Shown here: positions 38,858 through 48,893 of the stretch, piece after piece | How positions within the stretch are numbered: the stretch's first letter is position 1 | Layout of the letters: each line of letters starts with the position of its first letter | NCBI GenBank assembly: GCA_963745835.1 | Contig: CAVUZH010000003.1 | Location: 640,001-704,000 of the forward strand | Direction: 5' to 3' | DNA from: an uncultured delta proteobacterium | GTDB taxonomy: Bacteria; Desulfobacterota; Binatia; UBA9968 | DNA: 64,000 nucleotides | Position numbers and translations under genes: made by a program | The notes under the pieces: model-generated | Told to the model about the DNA's origin: nothing | Seen by the model: the letters and a program-made list of their open reading frames with translations, nothing else | Databases searched by the model: none

Positions 38858-40294
38858 ATGAACGCCGATCAAAACAATCTTTCTACGGCTGCCGAAGGGC
38901 TTAAGACAACGGCCGCCGCCGCGGCATTCATTGAGCGGGTGACTGCCGATGATTTGCCTACGAAGGCGCTGCGCATCGGCACCCGCTGTGTCCTCGACGG
39001 GCTGGGTCTCTACGTAGCTGGGTCTGAAGAGCATTCGGTTAAGCTTCTTATCGATGAAGCCGAGCACATCGGCGGTCGGGGGGAAGCGCTGTTATTAGGC
39101 GGTGGCACGACCAAAGTTCCGGCGTCGATGGCTGCCCGTGTGCTCGGAACCGCGGGCCATGCGCATGATTGGGACGATAGTCAGGTAAGCTCGGATCCCG
39201 CTCATGTCTACGGCCTACTCACTCATCCGACGATTCCACCGCTGACCAGCGCGCTGGTGATAAGCCAGCAATTGGGCAATGTCAACGGTCAAACCTTCAT
39301 GCTCGCGTTTCTTACCGGATTTGAAGTCGAGTGCAAGATCTCGGAGTGGATGTTGCCGAAGCATTATCTCAGGGGTTTCCACTCCAGCGGCACCGTTGGG
39401 ACCTTCGGCGCCTACGCGACGGCGGCGAAGCTCCTGGGCTTGAAAGGCGACAATTTGCTCAGCGGCTTTGGCATCGCCGCGAGCTTTGCGGCGGGGATCC
39501 GTTGTAACTTTGGCACTATGACCAAACCGCTGCACGTCGGACGGGCGGCGGAAAACGGTGTGACTGCCGCACTGCTTGCAGCGCGCGGTTTCACAGCCGA
39601 TCCGGATGCTCTGGATGGAACATGGGGTTTTTATACGGTGCACGGAGGTGGTGTTAGCGCTGAAAAGATTGCACAGGGCTTTGGCAAGACCTGGACGATC
39701 GTTGAGCCTGGAGTCTCGATCAAGCCTTATCCGTGCGGTGTATTGACTCATCCGACCATTGATTTGATGTTGAAGCTGGTAACCGAGCACGAAGTTAAAG
39801 CGGATGACATTGTAGCGGTTAAGGTTTATGCCGGCACGAACATTTTAAAACCCATTCGTTACCCGATTGCGCTCAATCACCTGCAAGCGAAGTTCTCGCT
39901 GCCGGCCGCTCTAGCCATGATCGCCTTAGCTCGCAAAGCTGGCAAACGCGAATTCTCCGACGAATTTGTGGGCTCTCCGGCCATGCAGTCGATGCAGCGG
40001 CGGATCTCGACCGAACTCGATCCTGAGATCGAGAAACTCGGATTCGATAAAATGCGCTCGCGTATCCGGATCGATCTCAAAGATGGACATAGGATCGAAG
40101 GCTCGGCCGATGAGCGCTACCGCGGCGGACCGGAAAACCCATTGAGTGATATCGATCTGGAAGCAAAGCTGCGCTCCTGCTGCGAAGGTGTTTTGGATGA
40201 AAACAGACAGGCGACTTTGATCGCTGCCGCATGGTCCGTTGCGCAGTTGAAGGATGCGGGGAGATTGATGGAGATTATCAATAAACTGCCGTGA
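38858..40294 (+). CDS. MmgE/PrpD family protein (IDS-epimerase/IRG1-like branch)
   Basis: GHAHDWDD, HPT, GFH..GT.G, NFGTMTKPLH.GRAA..G, KPYPCG..TH, AKFS, GGPENPL. Confidence 0.88.
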   Translation: MNADQNNLSTAAEGLKTTAAAAAFIERVTADDLPTKALRIGTRCVLDGLGLYVAGSEEHSVKLLIDEAEHIGGRGEALLLGGGTTKVPASMAARVLGTAGHAHDWDDSQVSSDPAHVYGLLTHPTIPPLTSALVISQQLGNVNGQTFMLAFLTGFEVECKISEWMLPKHYLRGFHSSGTVGTFGAYATAAKLLGLKGDNLLSGFGIAASFAAGIRCNFGTMTKPLHVGRAAENGVTAALLAARGFTADPDALDGTWGFYTVHGGGVSAEKIAQGFGKTWTIVEPGVSIKPYPCGVLTHPTIDLMLKLVTEHEVKADDIVAVKVYAGTNILKPIRYPIALNHLQAKFSLPAALAMIALARKAGKREFSDEFVGSPAMQSMQRRISTELDPEIEKLGFDKMRSRIRIDLKDGHRIEGSADERYRGGPENPLSDIDLEAKLRSCCEGVLDENRQATLIAAAWSVAQLKDAGRLMEIINKLP

Positions 40295-40309
40295 ACAGAG
40301 TAAACTGCC

Positions 40310-41302
40310 GTGTTTCGAAAAGTATCGATGGTTTGTCTTGGTATTCTTTTCGCCACGTTTAGCACCGCACCGGCCCAGGAAATTAAAAGGATTAGGATCG
40401 GCTATCCTTCGGTCAGCACGACTCAAAGTCACATCTGGGTAGGCCAGGAGCATGGACTGTTCAGAAGATATGGCATCGAGGTGGAGCCGATTTTATTGCG
40501 CGGCGGTCAGATGGCCACCCAGTCGCTGGCTGCTGGTGACCCGCCGATCGTCAACATCGGCACAGTGGTGCAGGCGAACCTGCAGGGCCACAGCATGGCG
40601 CTGGTTGCCGCCGTTCAAAGCCAGTATGATTTTCATGTCTTTGCCCGACCCGGTATCACCAGCCTGGAGCAGCTCAAAGGAAAGAGACTCGGCATCACCG
40701 GTTTCGGATCGGCTACTCACTTTGCTTCGCGCATCCTGCTCAGGCATTTAAACCTCGAAGCCAACAAGCATGTCGCTCTGGTTCCCGCGGGGCTCGATCC
40801 GGAACGGGTTGCAGCGATCGCCTCCGGCAGGATTGATGCGTCGTTCTTTACCTCGGTGGCAACACCTCTTGCTCGCAACGCGGGTTTGACCGAGCTTTTG
40901 TTTTTCGGCGACCTCGGCTTCGAAGTGCAGGGAAACGGCCTGGCGACGACCCGCTCTTACATCCAGAGCCAGCGCGAAATCGTCAAGTCGGCCGTGAAGG
41001 GATACGTCGAGGCGATTCACTTCATCCATGCCAACAAAAAAGAGGCGCAGAAGGTATTTGCCAAATTCATGCGCAATAACGATCCCGAGTTCCTCGAGTT
41101 CGCGCACCAGCTTTACGTCAAGCTGATTCCGAAGAACCTTACCCGACGCTGAAAGGAATTCAGAACCTGCTGGATTTGCTGGGGCCGCAAATGGAGCAGC
41201 CAAGAGCGCCAAACCGGAACAGTTTGTCGATTTAAGTTTTCTGCAAGAACTCGAAAAAGAAGGTTTCTACAACGAGATGGCAAAAAGGTACCGTCGAAAT
41301 AA
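40310..41302 (+). CDS. NMT1/SsuA-family substrate-binding protein with 2-3 single-base frameshifts near C-terminus
   Basis: Signal peptide, QLKGKRLGIT.FGS.TH. The conserved tail PYPTLKGIQ...AKPEQFVDLSFLQELEKEGFY is spread over shifted frames (indels ~41136, ~41195, possibly ~41292). Confidence 0.8.
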
Positions 41303-41339
41303 CGCGCTGCACGCCGCCGGCTGTGCTAGCGCAAAACAG

Positions 41340-42338
41340 CTACTTGCCGCTTAGCTTGAGCCGCTCGGTCGCTTTTTGCACGAAAGTCGGATCGACAAAC
41401 GCTTTGGCCTCGCGATTCTTTATGCCCTGCGGATTGAAGCGCTCATGGAAGCCGGTGATCATACTTTCAATGCCGAACTCCCAAGGCAGGGGAATGCCGC
41501 CAATGGCGTCGTACTGCTTAACGTAGGAGTCGTAAGTCCGCTCGAGCAAAGCGGGATTGTTTTGCCGGGTAAGATCAGTGATGGCCTTGAAGGCCGCCTG
41601 TTTGTTAGCGCGAAAAATTTTCATCCCTTCGACCATCGCAGTCATGTAGTCTTCGACGATCCGGCGGTTCTTGTCTCGGAAAGTTCGGCTGACTGTGTGC
41701 GGTACGCCGGCATAGGGCATTTTAAAATCGAGGAAGTTGGCGAATTCATGATATCCCGCGTTTTCAAGCTCGTATTCATTGGGCGGATTTACCGCAACGC
41801 CGTGAATCAGTCCTTGTCTCATCGCCGCCGCCCGACTCGGCACACCGCCGCTCAGATAGACAAGCTCAACATCCTTGCCCGGAGTAAGCTTGAGTTTTTC
41901 CAAGTAAAGCACCGTAGCATATTCGTCTAATCCGGCCCGGCCGACGCCGAGTTTTTTGCCCTTTAGATCAGCCGGGGTGCGGATCGAGGGCAGCACCATC
42001 AGGCGTAGTGGAATATAGCGGGTTTCTGTTGCAATCACGGCCAAATCGAACCCGCCCGTCGCGATCGCCCGCGATACTGCTGTGCCGCCGCCGTAGAGCA
42101 CTTGAATATTGCCGGTGGCCAGGGCAGCCATATAGGTCGATGCGCCCTGCATCAGCACCATGTCGACATCAAGATTATACTTGGCGAAGACTCCCTCGCG
42201 CCGTGCGATCCAGCCTGGACAGAAGGTCGCGGCCGGGGAAGCATAGGCCATTACCAGTTTGGTCGCCTGCGCGTTGGCCGAATCCAAATAAGCAAAAAGA
42301 GAGATGGCAAGTAACGCAAGCCAACCTTGTCGCCTCAT
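41340..42338 (-). CDS. NMT1/SsuA-family substrate-binding protein
   Basis: Signal peptide, WIARREG.FAKY.LDV, DLKGKKLGV, FVDP.FV. Confidence 0.85.
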   Translation of the reverse strand: MRRQGWLALLAISLFAYLDSANAQATKLVMAYASPAATFCPGWIARREGVFAKYNLDVDMVLMQGASTYMAALATGNIQVLYGGGTAVSRAIATGGFDLAVIATETRYIPLRLMVLPSIRTPADLKGKKLGVGRAGLDEYATVLYLEKLKLTPGKDVELVYLSGGVPSRAAAMRQGLIHGVAVNPPNEYELENAGYHEFANFLDFKMPYAGVPHTVSRTFRDKNRRIVEDYMTAMVEGMKIFRANKQAAFKAITDLTRQNNPALLERTYDSYVKQYDAIGGIPLPWEFGIESMITGFHERFNPQGIKNREAKAFVDPTFVQKATERLKLSGK

Positions 42339-42531
42339 CGGTCACCTCATTTTTTCGGTTCCACTCTGCCATGAATAAGCAATCGACGGCATCCATGGGC
42401 ACGCCTTTTCGCGCAACTTACGCTGACCAGCGGGGCGGTGTCCAGCGCGATTGTGCCGGCGCTGGCGAAAGGAGATGTTTTGGGTTATGTGCGAACGAGC
42501 GGACTGAGTCGAAAATTTCTGGAGGAAAAAA

Positions 42532-43212
42532 ATGTCAAATGAGCTCGAATCGATCAAAGACAAGCTGGTTATGGTCTGCAAGATTTTGCAGAAGCAAAGA
42601 GTCATCGACGGTTACGGTCATGTCACGGCGCGTCTGGCCGATGGGCGTATATTGAGCACCCCGCATATGCCGCCGGGAAAAGTTGCCGTGCGCGATTTGA
42701 TCATTATCGACGGTCAAGGAAACAAACTCGAAGGCGCCGGCGAACCCAACGGTGAGACGTCGATGCATACTTCTATTTATAAGGCGCGGCCGGATGTCCA
42801 ATCGATTCTCCATTATCATGCCGATGAACTCATCGCGGTGGCGGCCAGCGGACAGGGAATCAAGGTCTTATCCAACGCCGGCGTACACTTTTATCGTGGC
42901 ACGCCGATCTACGATTCGCCGTTGCTAATCCGCAATCATCAATTGGGCGACAAAGTGGCGGCGACACTCGGCGACCGCAGCGCCGTATTACTGCGCGGCC
43001 ATGGCGGTACGGTGGTGGCGAAAAATCTCGATCAGCTGGTGCGCCGCGGGTTAGATCTAGTGCGTTCTGCGAAGCTCCAGATCATGGCGTCGACCCTTGG
43101 GCCGCTCAAGACCCACAGCGACGAGGAATGCGAGCAGATGATCAAAGGGCATGAGGGAGGCGATGCTCAGCGGCGCTTTCTCGACTACTATATTTCAGAG
43201 GTCGTCGATTGA
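42532..43212 (+). CDS. class II aldolase/adducin family protein
   Basis: GHVTAR, E..MH..IYKARPDV, HYH, LLRGHG Zn ligands. Confidence 0.88.
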   Translation: MSNELESIKDKLVMVCKILQKQRVIDGYGHVTARLADGRILSTPHMPPGKVAVRDLIIIDGQGNKLEGAGEPNGETSMHTSIYKARPDVQSILHYHADELIAVAASGQGIKVLSNAGVHFYRGTPIYDSPLLIRNHQLGDKVAATLGDRSAVLLRGHGGTVVAKNLDQLVRRGLDLVRSAKLQIMASTLGPLKTHSDEECEQMIKGHEGGDAQRRFLDYYISEVVD

Positions 43213-43479
43213 GGGGCTCGAGAGCACTAGCGGCAATCTCTTCGGTCAAGATACCTTGCGGCGCCTCCTACGAGAAGCAGCCGCATATAAAAAACGCGCC
43301 GCGGGTTATATCGCGAAAGTTCGACTGGGCTTGCAGGTTCATCGTTTCCCAGATAACAAAGAATTTTCGCCCCACACTAGCAGCGCGGCAAAAGTACATC
43401 CGCAAGGAGCTGCCGCGCTGAGGTGAAAACTGCACCTGCGTAGATACTGTTTTCAGATTGAGCAGAAGGAGAATCATGC

Positions 43480-45267
43480 ATGAGCGAGTCATCGAAATCA
43501 GATAAGAGCGCTATCAAAAAATCTACCCAGCGCTGGCAATCCGACGTTATCGTTGATCTGATCAAACAATACGATTTCCCTTACATCGCGCTCAATCCGG
43601 GCGCCAGCTACCGCGGCTTACATGATTCGCTGGTCAATTATGGCGAGAACGATCCGGCGATGCTGCTCTGCAATCATGAAAAAATCGCCGTCCAGATCGC
43701 TCACGGCTATGCCAAGGCAACCGGCAAGCCGATGATGGCCATCGTTCACAATGTCGTCGGTCTTCTGCATGCGCCGATGGGAATTTACTACGCCTACATC
43801 GACCGCTGCCCGGTCTTCATCGTCGGCGCCACCGGCCCGATGGATGAGAAACTGCGCCGTCCATTTATCGACTGGATTCACACCGCGTTCGCCCAGGGCG
43901 ATGTCGTGCGCGGATTTACCAAGTGGGACTACCAGCCCGGCAGCATTCATGGCGTGCCGGATTCGTTTGCGCGTGCCTATTCGATCATGATGAGCGAGCC
44001 CCAGGGCCCGGTCTACATGGTGTACGACTCGGCGATGCAGGAAAGCCCAATGAAAGAGGAGATGGCGCTGCCGAAATTCAAAGTAAAAGTGCCATCGCGA
44101 GTCGCTCCCGAGCCGGCTGTGATCGAAGAAGCCGCGGACATGCTCATGGCGGCGGAGAACCCATTACTGCTTACTGAATACGCCGCGCGCATGCCCATCG
44201 GATTCGATTCAACGGTGGAACTGGCGGAAACGCTGGGCGCCTCGGTGTACGACATCAATAAACGCCTCGGCTTTCCCAACCGCCATCCATTGAGCGTGAG
44301 CTTTCATGGCGATGCCTTCAAGGGCGTCGATGTCGTCGCCGCGCTCGATGTCATCGACTGGACGCGCGGCTCGCACAAGCTCAACACCCAGACCCGCGAG
44401 ATCAGCGTAGTGACCGCTCCGGATTGCAAATGGATCGACGTCGGCTTTGCCGATATTGAGATCAGCAAGTGGGCGACCGATTACAACAAGCACCACAACT
44501 GGGATCTTCGGGTGCTCGGCGACAGCGCGCTCTCGCTGCCGGTATTGACGACTGCTTGTCAAAAACGAATTGACGGCAATAAGTCACTGACGACAAAGAT
44601 CGGCGAGCGCAAAAAGGCCATCGCCGAGAGACACGCGCGCCAATGGCAAAAGTGGCAGGAACAGGTCAAGGAGGAGTGGCACGAGCGGCCTATGACCGAA
44701 TCGCGCTTGGCGCATGAGGTGTGGCAAGTGATCCAGAACGAGGACTGGGTGCTCACCGCCAACACCCTCAAGGAGTGGGTCCACAAAGTATGGAACTTCG
44801 ACCGGTCGTATCGCCACGTCGGCCGTGAGCTTGGCACCGGCACTCAGATTGGCATGTCGATCGGTGTTGCTCTGGCGCACAAGGGCTCGGGCAAACTCGT
44901 TATCGATCTGCAACCTGACGGCGACTTGATGTTCGATCTTGGCGCGCTCTGGATGCCGATCAAGTATCAGATTCCAATGCTGATCGTTATGTATAACAAC
45001 CGCGCTTATTACAACGACTGGGCGCATCAGATTCACATGGCGCATCAACGCGGCACGGATCCCGCGCGCGCCTATATCGGCATGGATCTCGAAGGCCCGC
45101 CGCCCGATTTCGCGCACATTGCCAAAGGGATCGGCTGGCACGCCGAGGGTCCCATCGAAGATCCCGCCGAAGTCGGCCCGGCAGTAAAGCGAGCAATCGC
45201 ACAGGTCAAGAGCGGCAAGCCGGCGTTGGTGGATACCGTCGTTTGGCGCCGCGGCGAGAACGCGTAA
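43480..45267 (+). CDS. thiamine-diphosphate-dependent enzyme (paralogue 1)
   Basis: LNPGASYRGLHDS, HEKIAV..AHGYAK, QGPVY, (P)DGDLMF...NN ThDP motif, KPALVD. Confidence 0.88.
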   Translation: MSESSKSDKSAIKKSTQRWQSDVIVDLIKQYDFPYIALNPGASYRGLHDSLVNYGENDPAMLLCNHEKIAVQIAHGYAKATGKPMMAIVHNVVGLLHAPMGIYYAYIDRCPVFIVGATGPMDEKLRRPFIDWIHTAFAQGDVVRGFTKWDYQPGSIHGVPDSFARAYSIMMSEPQGPVYMVYDSAMQESPMKEEMALPKFKVKVPSRVAPEPAVIEEAADMLMAAENPLLLTEYAARMPIGFDSTVELAETLGASVYDINKRLGFPNRHPLSVSFHGDAFKGVDVVAALDVIDWTRGSHKLNTQTREISVVTAPDCKWIDVGFADIEISKWATDYNKHHNWDLRVLGDSALSLPVLTTACQKRIDGNKSLTTKIGERKKAIAERHARQWQKWQEQVKEEWHERPMTESRLAHEVWQVIQNEDWVLTANTLKEWVHKVWNFDRSYRHVGRELGTGTQIGMSIGVALAHKGSGKLVIDLQPDGDLMFDLGALWMPIKYQIPMLIVMYNNRAYYNDWAHQIHMAHQRGTDPARAYIGMDLEGPPPDFAHIAKGIGWHAEGPIEDPAEVGPAVKRAIAQVKSGKPALVDTVVWRRGENA

Positions 45268-45279
45268 GAACGAGATCCT

Positions 45280-45359
45280 CACCACGAAGGACAAAATTTG
45301 CACGAAGGGAAGAATTCATAAATAAGAAATTCTTCGTGACCTTCGTGCTCTTTGTGGTG
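45280..45359. repeat. REP-like palindromic element of CACGAAG/CTTCGTG units
   Basis: CACCACGAAG (45280) and CACGAAG (45301) pair with CTTCGTG (45332, 45341) and CTTTGTGGTG (45350). Confidence 0.7.
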
Positions 45360-45393
45360 CAAGACAGTTAAACGATTCAAGGAGGAAACTTTC

Positions 45394-47181
45394 ATGGCAA
45401 AGCCTGCTCCGAAAGCAGCGACAGTAAAAAAATCGGACAAACGATGGCAGTCCGACGTTATCGTCGACATGATCAAGCGGTACGATTTCGAGTACATCGC
45501 ACTCAATCCCGGCGCCAGCTACCGCGGCCTGCACGACTCGCTGGTCAATTACGGTGAGAACGACCCGCCGATGCTGCTTTGCCAGCACGAAAAAATCGCC
45601 GTGCAAATCGCCCACGGCTATGCCCGGGTCAAGGGCAAGCCGATGATCGCCATCGCTCACAATTTAGTCGGATTACTGCACACGCCGATGGGTGTTTACT
45701 ATGCCTACCTGGATCGCGCTCCGGTCTTTATCATAGGCGCCACCGGTCCATTGGCGGAGCCCAAGCGTCGACCTTTTATCGATTGGATACACACCGCCAA
45801 TGTTCAAGGAGAAGCGATTCGTAATTTCGTCAAGTGGGACTACCAGCCGAGCACTGTGGATGGCGTGCCGGGCGCATTCGCGCGAGCTTATTCGGTCATG
45901 ATGAGCGCACGACAGGGGCCGGTTTATATGTGTTACGACGCCGGTCTTCAGGAAGCGCAGTTAGATCACGACGTCGAGATGCCGCCGCCGGGAGCGATTG
46001 ACGTGCCTACGGCGCCGTCAGCCGATCCTGGGGCGCTCGAGAAAGCAGCCGATACTTTAGCCGCCGCTAAACGAGTGGCAATTATCGCCGATTTTGCTGC
46101 CCGCCCGCCGCACGGCTGGAATCATATTGTCGAGCTGGCGGAAACATTGGGGGCCTCGGTATGGGATGTGGGCTCCAGGCTTAATTTCCCGAGCAATCAT
46201 CCACTCAATCTCACTATGGATCCTGAAGGTTGCTATAAAGATGTCGACGTTGTTCTAACGCTCGACATCGCCGACTTCGAAAAACCGACTCATACACGTG
46301 ACATTTCGACTCGTACAGTTATCAGCAAGGTCCAGGAGAAGGCGACCTGGATCGATATCGGCTTTACTGACATCGAAATCAGTAAGTGGTCGATGGATTA
46401 CGCTCGCCCGTTCTATGCGCAACAGCGCATGATCGCCGACCCGGTCACCACGGTGCCGCTTCTGACCAAGCTTCTCAAGGCGCGTATCGGCAACACCAAG
46501 GGACTTAATGAAAAGATTGCCAGGCGCAAAGAAGAGATTGGCAAACGTCATGCTGAAAATCGCGCCAAGTGGAGCAAGCAGGCGCAAGAGCATTGGGATG
46601 CCAAGCCCATGACTGTGCCGCGTTTGGCGCTCGAAGTATGGGATGCGATCAAAGGCGAAGACTGGGTTTTGACAACCGGAGATTTGGGCAGCTGGGGGAA
46701 GAAGCTTTGGGATTTTGACCGGCCATATCGTCATGGCGGCCGTGAGCTCGGCACAGGGACGCAAATCGGCCTGTCGCTCGGCGTGGCGCTAGCGAACAAG
46801 GGGACGGGGCGGCTGGTGGTCGATTTGCAACCCGACGGCGATCTGATGTTCGATGCCGGAGCGCTCTGGATCGCGGCCAAATACAAGATTCCCATGCTTA
46901 TCGTCATGTTCAACAATCGCGCCTACTATAACGATTGGAACCATCAAATTGTCATGGCGAAAAACCGCGGCACGGATCCATCGCGGGCGCATATCGGCAT
47001 GGATCTTTATGATCCGGATCCTGACTTTGCTGGTCTCGCGCGTTCAATGGGCTGGTATGCCGAGGGACCGTTTGAAACCGGCGATGATCTGAAGCCCGCT
47101 CTTAAACGGGCCATCGAGCAAGTCAAACTTGGTAAACCCGCACTGATCGATGCCATCTGCGACCGTCGCAATCACGGCTAA
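45394..47181 (+). CDS. thiamine-diphosphate-dependent enzyme (paralogue 2)
   Basis: Same motifs as 43480 gene; RBS AAGGAGG before ATG45394. Confidence 0.88.
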   Translation: MAKPAPKAATVKKSDKRWQSDVIVDMIKRYDFEYIALNPGASYRGLHDSLVNYGENDPPMLLCQHEKIAVQIAHGYARVKGKPMIAIAHNLVGLLHTPMGVYYAYLDRAPVFIIGATGPLAEPKRRPFIDWIHTANVQGEAIRNFVKWDYQPSTVDGVPGAFARAYSVMMSARQGPVYMCYDAGLQEAQLDHDVEMPPPGAIDVPTAPSADPGALEKAADTLAAAKRVAIIADFAARPPHGWNHIVELAETLGASVWDVGSRLNFPSNHPLNLTMDPEGCYKDVDVVLTLDIADFEKPTHTRDISTRTVISKVQEKATWIDIGFTDIEISKWSMDYARPFYAQQRMIADPVTTVPLLTKLLKARIGNTKGLNEKIARRKEEIGKRHAENRAKWSKQAQEHWDAKPMTVPRLALEVWDAIKGEDWVLTTGDLGSWGKKLWDFDRPYRHGGRELGTGTQIGLSLGVALANKGTGRLVVDLQPDGDLMFDAGALWIAAKYKIPMLIVMFNNRAYYNDWNHQIVMAKNRGTDPSRAHIGMDLYDPDPDFAGLARSMGWYAEGPFETGDDLKPALKRAIEQVKLGKPALIDAICDRRNHG

Positions 47182-47194
47182 GCGTTACATCAAA

Positions 47195-47222
47195 TCACCC
47201 GCGCCGATTTTGGCGCGGGTGA
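47195..47222 (+). terminator. hairpin after ThDP gene pair
   Basis: TCACCCGCGCC-GATTTT-GGCGCGGGTGA, 11-bp stem, no clear U-tract. Confidence 0.5.
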
Positions 47223-47628
47223 GCTATAGATAATGCGAACGGTACTGTATTAAGTTAACGTGTTACATTAGAAAAACGTTAACTGATATGCCGTTGTTAA
47301 GGTAACAGATGAACTCGCCGCTTATCTATTCATCCTAGCAATATGAAACGGCATCATGTCGTAGGTACGGATGTAATACATGAAGTGTTTCTGGTCGCAT
47401 GTGCATCGATCATACCGGCTACGCTACCATCTTATTCTGCCGGTAAACGCGAGTTTTGCTACTTGCGTTGGATCCGATAATTCGGTTGTTACCATCGATC
47501 AGCACAATCAAGCGGCAATCAGCGAATTTGTTGGGGTACTGGCAGAGTGTACTGATCAACCCCCATCCAAGCTGATCCGTCATTGACTCGACCATGTAAA
47601 TCAGATTTCTTAAGGCGCGCCTCTGAGC

Positions 47629-47892
47629 ATGTTGAAGTTGTCGCTCACAGCAATGATCATTGCCGGCGCTCTATTTAAAGCCGCCGGCTTTCTGTTCGTC
47701 TCATTCATGAATCTCGTCTTTCGTCCTTACGGCGGGGCCTACCTCGCGTTATTGACCTCGATCTATCCCGGCTACGATCCAGTCAGCGGGCCGCTAGGAA
47801 TTCTCCTCGGAACTTTCTATTCGCTCATTGCCGGGGCGCTTGCCGGCCTGCTCTTTGGTTGGATTTATAATATCTTTGCGCCAAAGGTCTAA
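47629..47892 (+). CDS. small membrane protein (2 TM)
   Basis: Hydrophobic 87 aa with S.YPGY and G.LFGWIYN.F motifs. Confidence 0.7.
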   Translation: MLKLSLTAMIIAGALFKAAGFLFVSFMNLVFRPYGGAYLALLTSIYPGYDPVSGPLGILLGTFYSLIAGALAGLLFGWIYNIFAPKV

Positions 47893-48215
47893 GTAGCGGT
47901 CCTGAGTAATTGCCAAGAAAGTCTGCAGCGGTGATGGCGCCGAAGTTGTGCGCAACGTTGTTCTCCGTCGAACGGATTCCCTCCATTCGCGCCGGAATTC
48001 ATTCCAGAGTTCGACCGTTCATTGAGAGCAGTAGTGTGAAGCTGTTTCACAAGACTTTGTTTTTTCCCATGCGGTCAATTCCAGCCGCATGGTGTCAAAC
48101 GGCATCAACACGCAATCAGCTGCAATCTCTGGAGATTGATCCTCAATCCATTCGATCTCGGCTCGATCTAACGCATCACTTGGCATTTGCGCACGCGGGG
48201 GTATCTTAATGAGCC

Positions 48216-48893
48216 ATGCACATCTTGGTTGTTGAAGATGAAAGAAAAGTCGCCAGTTTTATCAAGCGGGGACTGGAAGCGGCTAGTTACTCAGTCGATG
48301 TCGAGTACGACGGCGCCACGGGACTGAATCGTCTCCTGGAGCATGACTATGATCTGATTATTCTTGATGTCATGCTTCCGAGGCTCGACGGCCTCACCCT
48401 GATAAACGAAATTCGTCAAAGGCAGATCAGCATTCCGGTCCTTTTGTTGACGGCACGGGTCACCGTGGCGGACAAAGTGGCAGGACTCGATCTCGGCGCC
48501 GACGACTACCTCACCAAACCTTTTGTCTTCGAGGAACTGCTGGCGCGCGTACGTGCGCTGCTGCGGCGCGGCGCTAGTGCGCCGGTCGTGCTGACTGCTG
48601 CGGACCTTCGGCTCGACCCCGCGACGCGCGAGGTGACCCGGGGCGGCAAGCGGATCGATTTGACCCCCAAGGAGTATGCGCTGCTCGAGTTCCTGCTGCG
48701 CCGGCGCGATCAGGTTCTAAGCCGTGCGGTTATCGCTCAACACGTATGGGGCGTCAACTATGATACCTTCACCAACGTGATCGATGTTTATGTGAATTAC
48801 CTGCGCAATAAGATCGACAATGGCTATCAACTTAAATTGATCCATAGCGTGCGCGGCGTCGGCTATGTCTTGAAGGTGGAGTCGTCGGTATGA
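48216..48893 (+). CDS. OmpR-family response regulator (CusR/CzcR-like)
   Basis: VVEDE, LDVMLP, LTA, GADDYL.KPF, LTPKEY.LL, NVIDVY..YLR.KID, VRGVGY. Confidence 0.93.
   Translation: MHILVVEDERKVASFIKRGLEAASYSVDVEYDGATGLNRLLEHDYDLIILDVMLPRLDGLTLINEIRQRQISIPVLLLTARVTVADKVAGLDLGADDYLTKPFVFEELLARVRALLRRGASAPVVLTAADLRLDPATREVTRGGKRIDLTPKEYALLEFLLRRRDQVLSRAVIAQHVWGVNYDTFTNVIDVYVNYLRNKIDNGYQLKLIHSVRGVGYVLKVESSV

Noticed and set aside
36504-40294. Methylcitrate cycle operon (prpB/prpD)
   Set aside because: No prpC/prpE/acnD, and the ICL-family protein lacks the catalytic Cys.
3053-43212. Sec read-through at other TGA stops (3055, 12073, 24690, 40294, 43212)
   Set aside because: The proteins are already full length for their families; where I read on (12073, 24690, 40294, 43212) another stop follows within a few codons, and I saw no SECIS-like hairpin.
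47910-48209. Short intergenic ORFs 47910..48209, 47380..47586, 58261..58512, 26086..26391, 4305..4490
   Set aside because: No convincing RBS, motif or protein-like composition.
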